Source of the DNA: Candidatus Tepidifontimicrobium thermophilum
GTDB lineage: Bacteria > Sysuimicrobiota > Sysuimicrobiia > Sysuimicrobiales > Sysuimicrobiaceae
DNA length: 64,000 nucleotides
Assembly (NCBI GenBank): GCA_031459915.1
Contig: JAVKHO010000005.1
Coordinates: forward strand, 32,806 to 96,805
Direction of reading: 5' to 3'
The notes under the pieces were generated by a model that had not been told where the DNA came from, did no database searches, and was given only the letters and a program-made list of their open reading frames with translations. Made by a program: the position numbers and the translations under genes. Positions 56,124 through 64,000 of the stretch are shown piece by piece (position 1 is the stretch's first letter; every line of letters starts with the position of its first letter).

Positions 56124-57479
56124 TTGCGCGACGAGTTCCCGCGGACCCGCGAAGGGCACCTGTGCGTGGGCGGCTGCGACGCCCTGGAACTGGCCCGGAC
56201 GTTCGGCACGCCGCTGCACGTCCTGGACGGCGGCCGGCTGCGGGCGAGCCTCCGGGCGTACCGGGAGGCCTTCGCCCGGCACGCACCCGGGGGCCAGCCT
56301 GTGTTCGCGTCCAAGGCCCTGTGCGTGCTGGCCACCTGCCAGCTGGCGCACCGGGAGGGGTTCTGGGTGGACGTGGCTTCCGGCGGGGAGCTGTACACCG
56401 CCCTCCGGGCAGGGGTGCCCCCGGCCCACGTGGTGTTCCACGGCAACTACAAGACAGAGGACGAACTGCGGTACGCCCTGGAGGCGGGCGTGGGCAGGGT
56501 GGCGGTCGACAACTTCTTCGAGCTGGACCTGCTGGATCGGCTGGCGCGGCAGAGCGGGCGGGTGGTGGACGTGTGGCTGCGCGTCACACCGGGGATCGAG
56601 CCCCACACCCACCGAGCCATCCAGACCGGCGGGGTGGACACCAAGTTCGGGTTCGCGATCCCCGGAGGGGCAGCGCTACGGGCGACCCGGGAGGCTCTGG
56701 AGAGGCCGGGCCTGCGGCTGCGGGGGTTCCACAGCCACATCGGCTCCCAGATTCTGGAGTTGGATCCCTTCCGGCTCAACGCGGAGCTGGTGGTGGCCTT
56801 CGCCGCGCAGGTGCGATCCCAACTGGGCTACGTGGCCGAGGAGGTGAACCTCGGGGGAGGGCTCGGCATCCGCTACCTGTCGTCGGACCGGCCGCCTTCG
56901 ATCGAGGCGTACGTGGCTGCGGTGGCGGAAGCCCTGCGGAGTGCCTGCCGCGCGGCGGACTACCCTGCGCCCCGGCTGTTCCTGGAGCCGGGCCGCTCCG
57001 TGGTGGGTCCTGCGGGGGTGACCCTGTACACCGTGGGGCCGGTGAAGGAGATCGACGGCGTGCGCACGTACGTGGCGGTGGACGGCGGCATGTACGAGAA
57101 CCCGCGTCCCGCGCTCTACGGCGCCCGCTACGAGGCGGTGGTGGCGGAGCGGCCCGACGACCCGGCCGAGCGGGTGGTGGCGCTCGCGGGGCGGTGCTGC
57201 GAGTCTGGAGACGTCCTCGTGTGGGAGGCGCACCTCCCCGCGGTGCGGCCGGGGGATGTGGTGGCGGTGTTCTCCACGGGGGCGTACACGTACTCCATGG
57301 CCAGCAACTACAACCGGTTCCCGCGTCCCGCGCTGGTCCTGGCGGAGGGAGGACAGGCCGCGCTGGTGGTACGGAGGGAAGGCTACGAGGACCTGGTCCG
57401 GCTGGACGTGCCGCTGTCCGCGGAAGTCTATCAGGCCGTGGCACGCGGGCCCGCGGCTGGCGGGTGCGAGGGAGTCTGA
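56124..57479 (+). CDS. lysA: Diaminopimelate decarboxylase
   Basis: FGTPL, ASKA, DVASGGE, FHGN.K, TKFG, HSHIGSQI, EPGRS, CCESGD, GAY.YSMASNYN. TTG start with GGAGG RBS. Confidence 0.95.
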   Translation: MRDEFPRTREGHLCVGGCDALELARTFGTPLHVLDGGRLRASLRAYREAFARHAPGGQPVFASKALCVLATCQLAHREGFWVDVASGGELYTALRAGVPPAHVVFHGNYKTEDELRYALEAGVGRVAVDNFFELDLLDRLARQSGRVVDVWLRVTPGIEPHTHRAIQTGGVDTKFGFAIPGGAALRATREALERPGLRLRGFHSHIGSQILELDPFRLNAELVVAFAAQVRSQLGYVAEEVNLGGGLGIRYLSSDRPPSIEAYVAAVAEALRSACRAADYPAPRLFLEPGRSVVGPAGVTLYTVGPVKEIDGVRTYVAVDGGMYENPRPALYGARYEAVVAERPDDPAERVVALAGRCCESGDVLVWEAHLPAVRPGDVVAVFSTGAYTYSMASNYNRFPRPALVLAEGGQAALVVRREGYEDLVRLDVPLSAEVYQAVARGPAAGGCEGV

Positions 57480-57480
57480 A

Positions 57481-58083
57481 GTGCTGGGCCTGGATCCGGC
57501 GCAGCTGTTGTTCACCGCGGCGGCCCTGCTGGTGGCGGCCACGGTACACGAGTACGCCCACGCCTACGCCGCGGTGCAGCTGGGCGACCCCACGCCGCGG
57601 TGGCTGGGCCGGCTGACCCTGAACCCCCTGGCCCACCTGGACCCGCTGGGGACCGTGTTGCTTCTGCTGGTGGGGTTCGGGTGGGCGAAGCCGGTGCCCG
57701 TCAACGCGGCGCACTTCCAGGACCCTCGGCGGGGGATCCTCCTGGTGGCGGTGGCAGGCCCGCTGGCCAACGTGTGTTTTGTGGCGGTCCTGGGCGCCCT
57801 GTACCGGCTCGGTCTGGTTCCCGAGGGCGGCTGGCTCGCATCCCTGTGGTTCCGCATGCTCTACGTCAACGCGGTCCTGGCGGTGTTCAACCTCCTGCCC
57901 ATCCCGCCCCTGGACGGCTCGCGGATTCTCGGAGCGCTGCTGCGCGGTGAGGCGGAGAACGCCTACACGCGGCTGCAGCCGTACGGCGGCCTCCTGCTGC
58001 TGGTGTTGCTCGCCACCGGCTGGCTCGGGCCCCTGCTGCGGGGACCCGTGGTGTGGCTGGTCCGGTGGGCGGTGGGCGCGTGA
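57481..58083 (+). CDS. Site-2 protease family (M50) membrane metalloprotease
   Basis: HEYAH, GRLTLNPL.HLDP.G, GWAKPVPVN, AGPLAN, FNLLPIPPLDG. Confidence 0.92.
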   Translation: MLGLDPAQLLFTAAALLVAATVHEYAHAYAAVQLGDPTPRWLGRLTLNPLAHLDPLGTVLLLLVGFGWAKPVPVNAAHFQDPRRGILLVAVAGPLANVCFVAVLGALYRLGLVPEGGWLASLWFRMLYVNAVLAVFNLLPIPPLDGSRILGALLRGEAENAYTRLQPYGGLLLLVLLATGWLGPLLRGPVVWLVRWAVGA

Positions 58084-58092
58084 AGGGACTGG

Positions 58093-58821
58093 ATGTCGGA
58101 CGGCCGTAGCCCCATCGTCCGGGTCGCCGGGTTCGAAGGGCCGGTGCAGGAACTGGTGCGCCGGGCGCACGCCGGCGAGGTGGACCTACGGGAGGTAGAC
58201 CTGAGCTCCATGGTCCGCTCCTATCTGGACGCCCTCGGACCGGAGGTGGACCTGGAAGAGGCCACGGAGTTCCTGTGGGCGGCTGCGGTGCTGGTGGAGC
58301 TGAAGAGCAAGCTGCTGCTGCCGCCCAAGCCGTCGCCGCCCGAAGCCGTGGGGGAGGAGGAAGCCGCAGACCTGGAGGAGCGCCTGAGGCAACGGGTGGA
58401 AGAGTACCGGGTGTTCCGGGAAGCCGCGGAGGCCCTGGCCGCCCTGGAAGCGGTCCAGCGCCGCGTGTTCACGCGGCCCCCGGACGAGGCGTCTGCGGGC
58501 GAGCTCCCGCTGGTGGGGCTGACCGCGGAGGACCTGTTCGCGGCCTTCCGGCGGGTGCTGGAGCGGTCGGAGCAGCGGGTGGAGGAGGTGCCACCGGAAG
58601 GGGTCACGGTGGCGGACCGCATGCAGGCCATCCTGGCCACCCTGGCCTCCTCGCCGCAGGGGGTGCTCTTCGAAGACCTCTTCGAGCCCGCAAGCCCTCG
58701 CATCGTGATCATCGTGACCTTCCTGGCCCTGCTGGAGCTGGTGCGTCGGCGGCGCGTGCGCGTGGCCCAGACGGAGCCCTTCGGACCCATCCGGCTGTAC
58801 GCGGGGGGACGGGACGGGTGA
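58093..58821 (+). CDS. scpA: Segregation and condensation protein A
   Basis: FEGP, EFL..AA.L.ELKSKLLLP, IVTFLALLEL...Q.EPFGPI. Confidence 0.9.
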   Translation: MSDGRSPIVRVAGFEGPVQELVRRAHAGEVDLREVDLSSMVRSYLDALGPEVDLEEATEFLWAAAVLVELKSKLLLPPKPSPPEAVGEEEAADLEERLRQRVEEYRVFREAAEALAALEAVQRRVFTRPPDEASAGELPLVGLTAEDLFAAFRRVLERSEQRVEEVPPEGVTVADRMQAILATLASSPQGVLFEDLFEPASPRIVIIVTFLALLELVRRRRVRVAQTEPFGPIRLYAGGRDG

Positions 58822-59384
58822 CGGAGGCGGACCGCCGTCACGTGCTGTGCTGTGCCCTGGAGTGCCTGCTGTTCGCCGGCGGCGGACCGGTGCCCCTGCG
58901 AAAGCTGGCAGCGGCACTCCAGTGCTCGGAGGAGGAGACGGAGTCCCTGCTGGCGCAGTTGCAGCTGGACTACCGGTCCCGGGGCCTGATGGTCCAGCAG
59001 GTGGCCGGCGGCTACCAGCTTTGCACGCGGCCCGAGTACGCGGAATACGTGACCCGGCTGGTGGCCGCACAGCCGGAACCCCTGTCGCGGGCCGCACTGG
59101 AGACGCTGGCGGTGGTGGCGTACCGCCAGCCGGTTACCCGTGCGGAGGTGGAAGCGGTACGCGGGGCGCGCAGCGACCACCACCTCCGGCGCCTGCTGGA
59201 GCGTAACTTGATCCGGGAGGTGGGCCGCAAGCCGGGTCCCGGAGCTCCGATCCTGTACGGGACCACGGAGGTGTTCCTCCGGCACTTCGGGCTGCGGGAC
59301 CTCTCGGACCTGCCGCCCCTGGAGGGCCGTCGGGTGCAGGACATGTTGGGCACTCGAGCTGCGGGGGAGTCCGAAGAGCGGTGA
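58818..59384 (+). CDS. scpB: Segregation and condensation protein B
   Basis: ALE.LLF, VAGGYQL.T, LSRAALETLA.VAYRQPVTRAE...RG, PILYGTT..FL..FGL..L..LP. Confidence 0.93.
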   Translation: MTEADRRHVLCCALECLLFAGGGPVPLRKLAAALQCSEEETESLLAQLQLDYRSRGLMVQQVAGGYQLCTRPEYAEYVTRLVAAQPEPLSRAALETLAVVAYRQPVTRAEVEAVRGARSDHHLRRLLERNLIREVGRKPGPGAPILYGTTEVFLRHFGLRDLSDLPPLEGRRVQDMLGTRAAGESEER

Positions 59385-60472
59385 AGGCAGCAGTCCTGGC
59401 CGCGTTGCTGGCCGCCGCCCCGCTCCGGCCGGGGCAGTTGGGTGTGCAGGCCACGGCCTTTTTGCTGATGGAGGCCCGGACCGGCCAGGTGCTGACGCAG
59501 CACAACGCGCGCGTGGTCTGGCCGCCCGCCAGCACCACCAAGATCCTCACCGCGCTGCTGGTGGCGGAGTCCCTCGACCCGGACGCGGTGGTGACGGTGA
59601 GCCGGCGGGCGGCCTCGCAGCGGCAGGGCGCCGGGGTGGGCCTACGGGCCGGCGAACGTCGGAGCGTGCGGGACCTGTTCTACGCCATGCTGCTGGCTTC
59701 CGCCAACGACGCCGCGGTGGCCCTGGCGGAAGCCGCGGCGGGCAGCGTGGAGGACTTCGTGCAGCGCATGAACCGGCGGGCCAGGGAACTGGGAGCCCGC
59801 CACACCCACTTCGTCAACCCCCACGGCCTGTACCACCCCCTGCACCGGTCCACTGCGTACGACCTCGCGGTGCTGGCCCGCGCCGCCCTGCACAACCCCC
59901 GCGTGGCGGAAGCGGTGGCGGCCCCGGAGTACCTGTACCCGGGCGAGGCGGGGCCCCGGCGGCTGGTCAACCGCAACCGGTTGCTGTTCACCTACCCGGG
60001 CGCCAGCGGCGTGAAGACGGGCTGGATCGCGGAGTCGGGCCCCTGCCTGGTCGCCTCCGCACGGCGCGGGGACCGCACGCTGATCGCCGTGGTGCTCAAC
60101 TCACCCCGGGTCTTCGAGGAAGCGTCGCGACTGCTGGACTTCGGGTTCGACACTTACGAGGTGCGGGTGCTGGCCAGGCCGCAGCAACCCGTGGCGGAAA
60201 CCGAGCTGCCCGGCGGCGGGACGCTGCAGGCCACCGTGGCCGTGGAGCTGGTGTGGTCGGTGCCACGCGGGTCACGGGTGCAGCTGCAGCCTCGGTGGGA
60301 AGTCGGCCTGCAGCCGCCCGTGCGGGCCGGTCAGCCCGTAGGCCAGCTGGACGTCGTGGTGGACGGGCAGGTTCAGGTTCAGGTGCCCCTGGTGGCGGTC
60401 AAGCCGGTGGAGGCGCGCCCTTCCACGGGCGGCTTGTGGCGTTGGCTGTGGGAGCTCGTACGGCGCAGGTGA
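59381..60472 (+). CDS. D-alanyl-D-alanine carboxypeptidase (S11, DacB/DacF-like)
   Basis: PASTTK (SxxK), SAN (SxN), NPHGL, KTG. Confidence 0.92.
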   Translation: MKAAVLAALLAAAPLRPGQLGVQATAFLLMEARTGQVLTQHNARVVWPPASTTKILTALLVAESLDPDAVVTVSRRAASQRQGAGVGLRAGERRSVRDLFYAMLLASANDAAVALAEAAAGSVEDFVQRMNRRARELGARHTHFVNPHGLYHPLHRSTAYDLAVLARAALHNPRVAEAVAAPEYLYPGEAGPRRLVNRNRLLFTYPGASGVKTGWIAESGPCLVASARRGDRTLIAVVLNSPRVFEEASRLLDFGFDTYEVRVLARPQQPVAETELPGGGTLQATVAVELVWSVPRGSRVQLQPRWEVGLQPPVRAGQPVGQLDVVVDGQVQVQVPLVAVKPVEARPSTGGLWRWLWELVRRR

Positions 60473-61317
60473 CGGCGGCTCTGGTGGCGCTGGCCGCGTG
60501 GCCGGCTTCCGGCGGCTGGCCACTTGTGGTCACTGACGCTGCCGGTGCGAGGCTGGTGTTTACCCGGCCGCCCGCCCGGGTGGTTTCCCTGGCGCCCAGC
60601 GCCACGGAGGTCCTGTGGGCGGTGGGCGCCGCGTCCCAGGTGGTGGGCGTCACGTCTGCGGACGACTACCCGCCAGAGGCCCGTAGGCGGCCCCGGGTGG
60701 GAGGCGTGCGGGTGGACGAGGAGCGGCTGGCGGCGCTGCGTCCGGACCTGGTGGTGGGTGTGCTCAGCCTGCAGGGACCGACCCTGGCACGCCTGCGGAG
60801 CCTGGGCTACCGGGTGCTGGCGGTGGAGGCCAACAGCCTGGACCAGGTCTACGGGTTGATCCTCCTCGTGGGGGACGTGACCGGGCACTCGAAGACAGCG
60901 CGGGAGCTAGTGGAGCGCATGCGCCGCGCGGAGGCGGAGGTGGTGGCCAAGGTACGGGGCCGGAGGCCGGTGCGGGTCTTCGTGCAGGTGTGGGACCAGC
61001 CCTTCCTCACCAGCGGGGCGGGTACCTTGACCGAAGACCTGCTCCGCCGGGCCGGGGGCCGGAACCTGTTCCCGGAACGGCACGGCTGGCCGCAGGTCTC
61101 CGAGGAAGAGGTGGTGGCCCGCGACCCGGAGTGCGTGGTGGTCCTCGGCAGGGGCGCCGATCGCGTGCGCCGGCGGGCCGCGTGGGCGCACACCACCGCG
61201 CTCCGGACCGGCTGCGTGGCGGAGGTGGATCCGTCCTGGGTCGTGCGCCCCGGGCCCCGGGCGGTGCTGGGCCTGCGGGCCCTGGCCCGGGTCCTGCACC
61301 CGGAGGTGCGCTGGTGA
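60469..61317 (+). CDS. Cobalamin/Fe-siderophore ABC substrate-binding protein (BtuF-like)
   Basis: RVVSLAPSATE.L.AVG, DYPPEA, E...ALRPDLV, AGG.N.F, RPGPR. Confidence 0.85.
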   Translation: MTAALVALAAWPASGGWPLVVTDAAGARLVFTRPPARVVSLAPSATEVLWAVGAASQVVGVTSADDYPPEARRRPRVGGVRVDEERLAALRPDLVVGVLSLQGPTLARLRSLGYRVLAVEANSLDQVYGLILLVGDVTGHSKTARELVERMRRAEAEVVAKVRGRRPVRVFVQVWDQPFLTSGAGTLTEDLLRRAGGRNLFPERHGWPQVSEEEVVARDPECVVVLGRGADRVRRRAAWAHTTALRTGCVAEVDPSWVVRPGPRAVLGLRALARVLHPEVRW

Positions 61318-62093
61318 GGCTGGAGGTGGTGGGGCTGCACGTGCGCTACGGCCAGCAACCGGTGCTGAGCGGCGTGGAGCTCGCGGTAGGACCCGGCGAG
61401 CTGGTAGCCGTGTGCGGCCCCAACGGTGCGGGCAAGACCAGCCTGCTGCGATGCGCCGCGGGTGTCCTCAGGCCACAGGCGGGGTCCGTGCGGGTGGACG
61501 GACGGGACGTGAGCTCCCTCCCTAGTAGGGAGCGGGCGCGGCTGGTGGGCTACCTGCCGCAGGATCCCTCCGTGCCTGCAGGGCTGCGGTGCGTGGAGGT
61601 AGCGCAGCTGGGCCGGTACGCCTCCGCGACCGGCTGGGGGCTGGGCTGGACTCCGGGCGACCGCGAGGCCGCAGAACGGGCCCTTCAGGCCACGGAGACC
61701 GCGCACCTCCGGGACCGGCCGATCCAGCACACCAGCGGGGGAGAACGTCAGCGGGTGCTGCTGGCGCGGGTGCTGGCACAGGGCGCGCGCCTGCTGATCC
61801 TGGACGAGCCCACCGCGCACCTGGATTTCGGTCACCAGGTCTCGGTGGCCGGCCTGTTGCGACGCCTGTCGCGGGAGGGGTACGGGATCCTGGCCGCCAC
61901 GCACGACCTGAACCTGGCGTCCCTGTTCTTTGACCGGCTGGTCCTGCTGGCGGGCGGGCGCGTGGTGGCCCAGGGTCGGCCCCGGGAGGTCCTGCGGACG
62001 GGCGTGGTGGAGCGCGCGTACGGGCCCACCGCGGTGGTCTGCGCCCACCCGCAGACCGGAAGCCCCGTGGTGGTGCCGCGGGTGTCCGTATGA
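61314..62093 (+). CDS. Cobalamin/Fe-siderophore ABC ATPase (BtuD/FepC-like)
   Basis: GPNGAGKT, SGGERQRV.LAR.LAQ, LDEPTAHLD..HQ, HDLNLA. Confidence 0.9.
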   Translation: MRLEVVGLHVRYGQQPVLSGVELAVGPGELVAVCGPNGAGKTSLLRCAAGVLRPQAGSVRVDGRDVSSLPSRERARLVGYLPQDPSVPAGLRCVEVAQLGRYASATGWGLGWTPGDREAAERALQATETAHLRDRPIQHTSGGERQRVLLARVLAQGARLLILDEPTAHLDFGHQVSVAGLLRRLSREGYGILAATHDLNLASLFFDRLVLLAGGRVVAQGRPREVLRTGVVERAYGPTAVVCAHPQTGSPVVVPRVSV

Positions 62094-62770
62094 GCCGGGG
62101 GCTGCGGGTCGCGATCGACGGTCCCACGGGCGCGGGCAAGGGCACCGTGGCCAGGATGGTGGCGCAGCGCCTGGGCTACCGATACGTGGACACCGGGGCC
62201 ATGTACCGGGCGGTCGCGTGGAAGGTCCTGAGGGAGGGGGTGGACCCCGAGGACGCGGAGGGTGTGGCTTCCCTGGCTCGCCGTACGCGGGTCGCTCTCG
62301 AGCCCTGGGAGGACGGACTGCGGGTCTGGTGCGACGGTGAGGACGTGACGGAGGCCATCCGGTCCGTGGAGGTGTCCGCGGTGGTGGGCCGGGTGGCGGC
62401 CAACCCCGCGGTCCGCCGGGTGCTCACCGAACAGCAGCGGCAGCTGGCTTCCTCGGGCGGCGTGGTGATGGAGGGCCGCGACATCGGCACCGTGGTCCTG
62501 CCGGACGCCGACGTGAAGGTGTACCTGGAGGCGTCTTTGGAGGAGCGGGCCCGCCGGCGGTACGAGGAGATGCGGGCCCGAGGGGAAAGGGTCCTGCTGG
62601 AGGACGTCCGGGAGCTGGTCCGCCAGGACGACAACTTGGCCCGCAGCCGGGCCACCGCGCCCCTGCGGCGCGCGGAGGACGCGGTGGTGGTGGACACCAC
62701 GGGGCGCAGCCCCGAGGAGGTGGCGGAGGAGATCGTGCGGCTCGTGGAGGCGCGCGCGGGGGTGAGGTGA
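62090..62770 (+). CDS. cmk: Cytidylate kinase
   Basis: AIDGP.GAGKGT, DTGAMYRAVA, VMEGRDIGTVVLPDA. Confidence 0.95.
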   Translation: MSRGLRVAIDGPTGAGKGTVARMVAQRLGYRYVDTGAMYRAVAWKVLREGVDPEDAEGVASLARRTRVALEPWEDGLRVWCDGEDVTEAIRSVEVSAVVGRVAANPAVRRVLTEQQRQLASSGGVVMEGRDIGTVVLPDADVKVYLEASLEERARRRYEEMRARGERVLLEDVRELVRQDDNLARSRATAPLRRAEDAVVVDTTGRSPEEVAEEIVRLVEARAGVR

Positions 62771-62773
62771 TCC

Positions 62774-63481
62774 ATGGACGCGGGAGCCCGTGTAAGAAGG
62801 ACGCCGCGGAGCGAGGGCGTCGGGGTCCTCGGGGACTGGGTGTACGGGGCCAGCAAGCTGGTGGTGCGCGCGGTGGTGCGGGGCCTGTTCCGGATGGAGG
62901 TGACGGGCAGCGAGCACGAGCCGGCGCGGGGCCCGTATCTGGCGGTGGCCAACCACTGGAGCGCCCTCGACCCTCCCGTGCTCGGTGCCGCCCTGCGCCG
63001 CAAGGTGCACTTCATGGCCAAGCAGGAGCTGTTCGACATCCCGCTGCTGCGGAGCTGGATGCGCTGCATCGGCACCTTCCCCGTGCGGAGAGGGGAGCCC
63101 GACCGCCAGGCCATCCGCACGGCCTTGCAGGTCCTGGAGCGAGGCGGCGTGGTGGGCATGTTCCCGGAAGGCACCCGGAACCCGCGTGGCTACCTGCTGC
63201 CCGCGGAGCCCGGCGCGGCCTTCCTCGCGTTGAAGGCGCGTGTCCCCATCCTGCCCGTGGCCATCCTGGGGACCCTGGAGATCCTGCCGAAGGGCGCGTG
63301 GGTACCGCGGCTCGGGAGGATCCGGGTCCGCATCGGGCCCCCCTTTCGGGTGGACGACCTCGTGGACGCGCCCGACCGGCTGCAGCGGGCCAGCGACCGC
63401 ATCATGGGCGCCATCGCGGGGCTGATGGGGGTGGAGCCCCCCGTGCACGGGACCCGCAGGGCGGGCCGCGCCGCCCCGTGA
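62774..63481 (+). CDS. plsC: 1-acyl-sn-glycerol-3-phosphate acyltransferase
   Basis: NHWSALD (HX4D), FMAK.ELF, FPEGTR, VPILPV. Confidence 0.9.
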   Translation: MDAGARVRRTPRSEGVGVLGDWVYGASKLVVRAVVRGLFRMEVTGSEHEPARGPYLAVANHWSALDPPVLGAALRRKVHFMAKQELFDIPLLRSWMRCIGTFPVRRGEPDRQAIRTALQVLERGGVVGMFPEGTRNPRGYLLPAEPGAAFLALKARVPILPVAILGTLEILPKGAWVPRLGRIRVRIGPPFRVDDLVDAPDRLQRASDRIMGAIAGLMGVEPPVHGTRRAGRAAP

Positions 63482-63499
63482 TATCCTGAGAGGCGAGTC

Positions 63500-64000
63500 A
63501 TGCGGGTGGTGGTTGCCAGGCACATGGGTTTCTGCGGGGGAGTCCGCCGCGCGGTGGACCTGGCTGTGCAGGCGGCCCGAAACGGGCAGGGTGGGGCCAC
63601 CACCTGGGGACCCCTGATCCACAACCCCCAGGAAGTGGGACGGCTGCAGCGGGAGGGCGTCCGGGTGGCAGAGCGCCTGGAGGACCTGGACGGGGGAGCC
63701 TTCGTGGTGTCCGCTTACGGGGTGGAGTCCGCGGTGCTGGACGCAGTCCGCCAGCGGGGCATGCCGGTGGTGGACGCCACCTGTCCCGTGGTCACCCGCG
63801 CACACGAGCTCGCGGAGCGGCTGGCGGAGGAGGGCTACTTCGTGGTGGCGGTGGGCGACCACGGACACCCCGAGATGGTCACCCTGAAGGAAAAGCTGGG
63901 CGACCGGGTGGCGGTAGTCCACACGCCGGAGGAAGCCGCCCGGCTGCGGTTGCGCGGGAAGGTGGGGGTGTTGTCCCAGACCACTCAGTCCCTGGAGAAC
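63500..64000 (+). CDS. ispH: 4-hydroxy-3-methylbut-2-enyl diphosphate reductase (partial, runs off the window, absent from the ORF track)
   Basis: Manual translation: MRVVVARHMGFCGGVRRAV...GPLIHN...DATCP.V...GD.GHPE...SQTT. Confidence 0.92.
   Translation, partial: MRVVVARHMGFCGGVRRAVDLAVQAARNGQGGATTWGPLIHNPQEVGRLQREGVRVAERLEDLDGGAFVVSAYGVESAVLDAVRQRGMPVVDATCPVVTRAHELAERLAEEGYFVVAVGDHGHPEMVTLKEKLGDRVAVVHTPEEAARLRLRGKVGVLSQTTQSLEN

Overview
High-GC bacterial DNA (roughly 70% by eye), about 62 CDS. I saw no RNA genes, CRISPR arrays, integrases or transposases. Positions 1 to ~54.8 kb form a dense catabolic and uptake region for aromatic or heteroaromatic compounds. Oxygenases: a Rieske dioxygenase alpha/beta pair with cis-dihydrodiol dehydrogenase, HpaB-family and FAD monooxygenases, PobA, a catechol 2,3-dioxygenase-type enzyme and a Mo-hydroxylase. 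Candidate decarboxylases: three ThDP enzymes, three class II aldolase-fold proteins, an OphC-like protein and a CMD-family protein. Transport: TTT, ABC, MFS and ChrA systems. From ~54.8 kb to the end is housekeeping (thiolase, lysA, site-2 protease, scpAB, DD-carboxypeptidase, btuF/btuD-like, cmk, plsC, partial ispH). Two signals stand out. (1) An orphan EutA-like ASKHA ATPase, with no eutBC or microcompartment genes in the window, is linked to three bicupin proteins and a short-chain ChrA pair, and a Ni/Co transporter lies in the same region. This is a candidate uncharacterised ATP- and metal-dependent enzyme system. (2) A 17-bp GTTC-N9-GAAC box occurs six times, and every copy I found is intergenic. 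In seven promoters it lies exactly 7 nt upstream of a -35/N17/-10 pair, which ties the region into one probable IclR-activated regulon. Product calls come from motif recognition by eye, not database searches.
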